64,000 nucleotides of DNA from Candidatus Latescibacterota bacterium (GTDB taxonomy: Bacteria; Latescibacterota; UBA2968; SICM01), in contig CBDCJO010000002.1 of assembly GCA_965217865.1 (NCBI GenBank), positions 128,001-192,000 of the forward strand, in the 5' to 3' direction. The position numbers and the translations under genes were made by a program. Of the stretch, positions 63,811 to 64,000 are shown piece by piece. Position 1 is the first letter of the stretch. Each line of letters begins with the position of its first letter. The notes under the pieces are model-generated. The model was not told the DNA's origin. It saw only the letters and a list, made by a program, of their open reading frames with translations, and did no database searches.

Positions 63811-64000
63811 CGTCCCCCGGTATGTATTCACTGGAGCCGGACCAGTTCCCCCGAATTTGAGCAGTTCCGCGTCGGAGGTTTCCCGTCCGGGCTCCGTACC
63901 ACCACGTCACCCACTGCCCCCCCCTGCCGGTGAACGCAGGGTTTTGCTGGTCAGCCTTGTATTTCAGGGTATCGGTACCGGAGACGATCCCGATGATGGT

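Overview
A 64-kb accessory island that is dense in defence and mobile-element genes and heavily eroded. Apparently intact units: a type I R-M hsdR (909-4046); a DUF2924 / large serine recombinase / ORF3 cassette; a type I R-M locus hsdM-hicB-hicA-hsdS-hsdR; IS1380, IS1595 and IS256 transposases; an outer-membrane beta-barrel; a small-ORF plus retropepsin-like protease pair; an SDH/Clp-like protease; an ImmA/IrrE peptidase; a ubiquitin-like/E1/DUF6527 (Bub-like) operon; and an ECF sigma factor fused to a phenylalanyl-tRNA-synthetase-alpha-like catalytic domain (61510-62760), which is the most unusual item. A type I-E CRISPR array (14 repeats, 13 spacers) is welded to a truncated cas3 on one side and a 5'-truncated type III-like Res gene on the other. 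Between these units lie dozens of 50-500 bp fragments of unrelated genes (DUF499, DarT, Mrr, RepA, primase, methylases, IS3/IS630/IS110/IS1182). A structured non-coding segment occurs three times (about 5385, 51358 and 63449). The metallopeptidase-WD40 proteins resemble those of sponge-associated symbionts; this host inference is unverified. All family calls come from motif recognition by eye, without database searches, and fragment boundaries are approximate.
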